A DNA stretch of 64,000 bases from the human T2T-CHM13v2.0 reference genome, Homo sapiens. The notes under the pieces are model-generated. The model did not search any database. It was not told the DNA's origin and worked only from the letters and a program-made list of their open reading frames with translations. Positions 58,005 to 64,000 of this stretch are shown piece after piece. The position numbers were made by a program, and so were the translations under genes. The stretch is taken from NCBI RefSeq assembly GCF_009914755.1, contig NC_060928.1, one strand, 5' to 3'. Position 1 is the first letter of the stretch, and the number at the start of each line of letters is the position of its first letter.

Positions 58005-58814
58005 GAGCAATAATATTCTTTAAGCAATAAAGTGTTCCTTATTAAAGCATGATCTCCAACAATTTGGTGGCATAATAAATTGTCTTCTACTATCTGGCTA
58101 TATAGACAAGTGAATGAGACTTTAAAGTAGTGATTAATTTCTATGAAGGAATGGTAAGAATGGGTTTTTATGAAATATCCCTGTTTTACTCCTGCATTTT
58201 GCAGTTTATTTATTCTTTCAATTCTACTACCTACCAAACACTGTGTTTGGCACTGGGGATTTTATAGTAAACCTATAGAATTGGCCCTTGCCTTCATGGA
58301 GCATTCTGCGCCTAATAGTGGAACGAAACAGCCTGCATTTGTTAAAACAGTATCTCTATGAAGTTCTTTCAGTTCATGAATGAATTTCTCTGAATACCTG
58401 GTATAGCTCATGTGGTTAGTTAGACATGCAAGTCTCATAAAGCCAGTAAGATCTCGCAAGGAAATGGGAACTGTATAACATGATTTAACATGTGGTTGTT
58501 TAAGGAGCATGTTAATTAATTGTCCACTTGATTATTTTCTTGCTATATGGGAGAATAATTGGCATTCAATTGTGTATTGCCAGTAGCAGAAAGCTCTTTG
58601 AAATGGATATCAGTTATTCATTACCATGTCTTTGAGCCCAAATACTTTGGTGGAAATATTTCTATGAAATTATAATAAAAGTTAGTAGGCAAATACAAAT
58701 TAATTTCTACTATCTCTTAAATATATCTAAAGCAAAAAAAAAAAAAAAAAAAACACATCTCAAATATGGTCATGATAATTCCTTAAAGGGAAGAGAAAGA
58801 TAGGGTAGCAAAAA

Positions 58815-59193
<379 letters not shown>

Positions 59194-60488
59194 TCATTCC
59201 AATTCACTTTCCTCAACACTTACTGAAATCCCCTAGGTTCAAGGCACTGTACTAGGTCAGAAGGAAATAACAAAATAAGTAAGAAATATTTGAACTCCCC
59301 AGGGTTGCACAATTTTGTAGGGATTTATTTCTTCTCATTCTAATTTCTCTAACTCAGGATGCTTAAAGAGTGTCTGATTCTAAATCAGTATCTGGCCCTC
59401 CCCACATATTACTGGATTGTTTGAGAGTTAATGAGAGGTTTAAGAGGAGAAATTAAAACATTCACAAGAGTCCTGCTTTGGTCAGATGCTCTTGCACAGT
59501 TATTGAGCTTTTCGGTTGCATTTTCATGGCAGTATCTCTCTGGGTTGTTTGTGAGTTTGTCTCATCAATAAGAAGAATCTCATTGTGCCACCCACCAAGC
59601 ACGCACTTGCTAATCACTGTTAATTGCCTACAATTGAGATCAGCAAACTGTTCACTGAGTACAGCGATGGGCACTTAACTCATTGACACTGAGCTTTCCT
59701 GTGTGCCCATTTTCACTAATGCATCGTTTGTCCTGGAAATTGGAAATCCCAGCATCAATCACATAAACCAGACTCAGTAGGCGGAAGTGTTTACTTTCCT
59801 CTTCACTTCCAGAGGGGGTGCAATATGGATAGGCACTTACATCTGGCCAGAGGGTGGGCAGCCTTTTCAGAGAGCAAAATCCTTCACTCCACCAGTAGAG
59901 CTTAAAAAAAGGGAACTCCCAGAGAGGCAAAATGTCCAGAAACACGACGAGAAGAGGCAGAATCTTTCACTGTTATCCTTTTGTTTTCAGACTCCCTGTC
60001 AACAAGCCACAGCCTTACGGGAAAGGTTGAAGAATGCCTCTGGAGATGACTGAGGAGGCAGGCTTCTTCGTAACTACTTCAAAAGCTGCTTCCTCTTAAG
60101 AGCCCACTATCATTGCAAATATGGGGATAAAAATCACTGCGATCAGCATCTAACTGTTGATAGCATATGGCCCTGATACAGAGGGATAAAAGAAAAATGT
60201 CTTCTATTCCCAATTGTTGTGCCTATACATCTTCCTCCAGAGGTCCGAAGAGATACAATTGTACCTGTGTTTGATATGATTTGCACTTCCCTATAGTCAC
60301 AGTATACATGTCTAATGCTATTAGACATATTAGTGGTGTTGCTACACCACTTAAAAAGAGGAATTTCCTGGGAATTTGTTAGATCTCTTGCCTCCATTGA
60401 ACAGTAAAACCTTATCCCCTACAATCCCAAATCACCTTACCTTCACTTCCCATGATTACTCTTTATCACTGAAGTTTTGTTTTAAGGT

Positions 60489-60906
60489 ATTAATGAAAAA
60501 ATTATTCTGACACTTGTCAAAACAGTAAGGCAGGCTTTTTTAGGATTATTGCAATAGCTGCTAAGACTATCGCACTAGGGGAGAAAGATTAGGCTCAACT
60601 CCAAATACAAGACTGCTGGGATTACAGACAATGAGCAGAATAAGGAGGGTCAGTAAATGGAAAATTACTAGGAGGAGACATCAAGTTTATGGAGACCCAT
60701 GTTAAACTGACTTAACAGGATTCTTGCTGAAGTCAGGCCAAGGTGATCAGATATCAATGGTGGGAGGATTCTTGGTAAACCGACTTATTGGATTTTGGCT
60801 AAAATTGGACTCAGCATGCAAAGACAATCCCCAAGGAAAAAGTGTAGTCAAAAGGAAGGTTCTGAAGAGCCTGTTGAAACTTTGGTAAAGGAAAGAGTCT
60901 TTGTCA
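60489..60906 (-). mobile_element. MER31-like ERV1 solo LTR
   Basis: Minus strand starts TGACAAAGACTCTTTCCTTTACCAAAG; AAACTGACTTAACAGGATTCTTGCT repeats; AGGT on both flanks. Confidence 0.75.
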
Positions 60907-60968
60907 AGGTGCAAGAGTGATCCTTGTAATAGGTCATGCTGTGTTAGAGGTTACAAAGTTTAAAAGCA

Positions 60969-63842
<2,874 letters not shown>

Positions 63843-64000
63843 AAAAGCATCTTTCTTAGAATTAACTCTCTTATTGTAGTTTCCTAAATCAACAAGCCAG
63901 ATGGAAGGACAAGAAGCTTCACTCAAATTGGCTTCAGTATGGGTTTACAAAAATAGCTTATCTATTTTTATACATTATATATTATATATATTTTATACAT

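Noticed and set aside
58719-58765. A18 run with possible TSD (AAATATATCT / AAACACATCT), suggesting a poly(A)-only retro-insertion
   Set aside because: The flanking match is low-complexity and imperfect; it cannot be distinguished from slippage expansion.

Overview
AT-rich primate (human-like) non-coding DNA, mostly interspersed repeats. It holds several L1 elements of very different ages (L1PA4 to L1M), six Alus plus one partial Alu and a FLAM, L2 and MIR fragments, MaLR/ERVL/ERV1 solo LTRs and DNA-transposon remnants. No intact protein-coding gene, RNA gene or CRISPR-like array can be supported. All long ORFs are broken L1 ORF2 pieces or chance ORFs in repeats. I found no convincing new biological system. 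The most notable structures are: (i) a FLAM_A and a 5'-truncated L1 enclosed by one 14-bp target-site duplication (TSD), a likely template-switch chimera; (ii) two independent same-orientation LTR18 solo LTRs 177 bp apart, one carrying a tRNA-Ser PBS-like extension and a nested LTR12C; (iii) three twin-primed (5'-inverted) L1s; (iv) an orphan MaLR fragment between a microsatellite and a palindrome; (v) a ~150-bp tandem duplication with a templated junction; (vi) a perfect 19-bp inverted repeat; (vii) a few candidate minus-strand exons, possibly of a spliced non-coding transcript. Subfamily names come from recalled consensus motifs, not from a database search, and boundaries of the old repeats are approximate.
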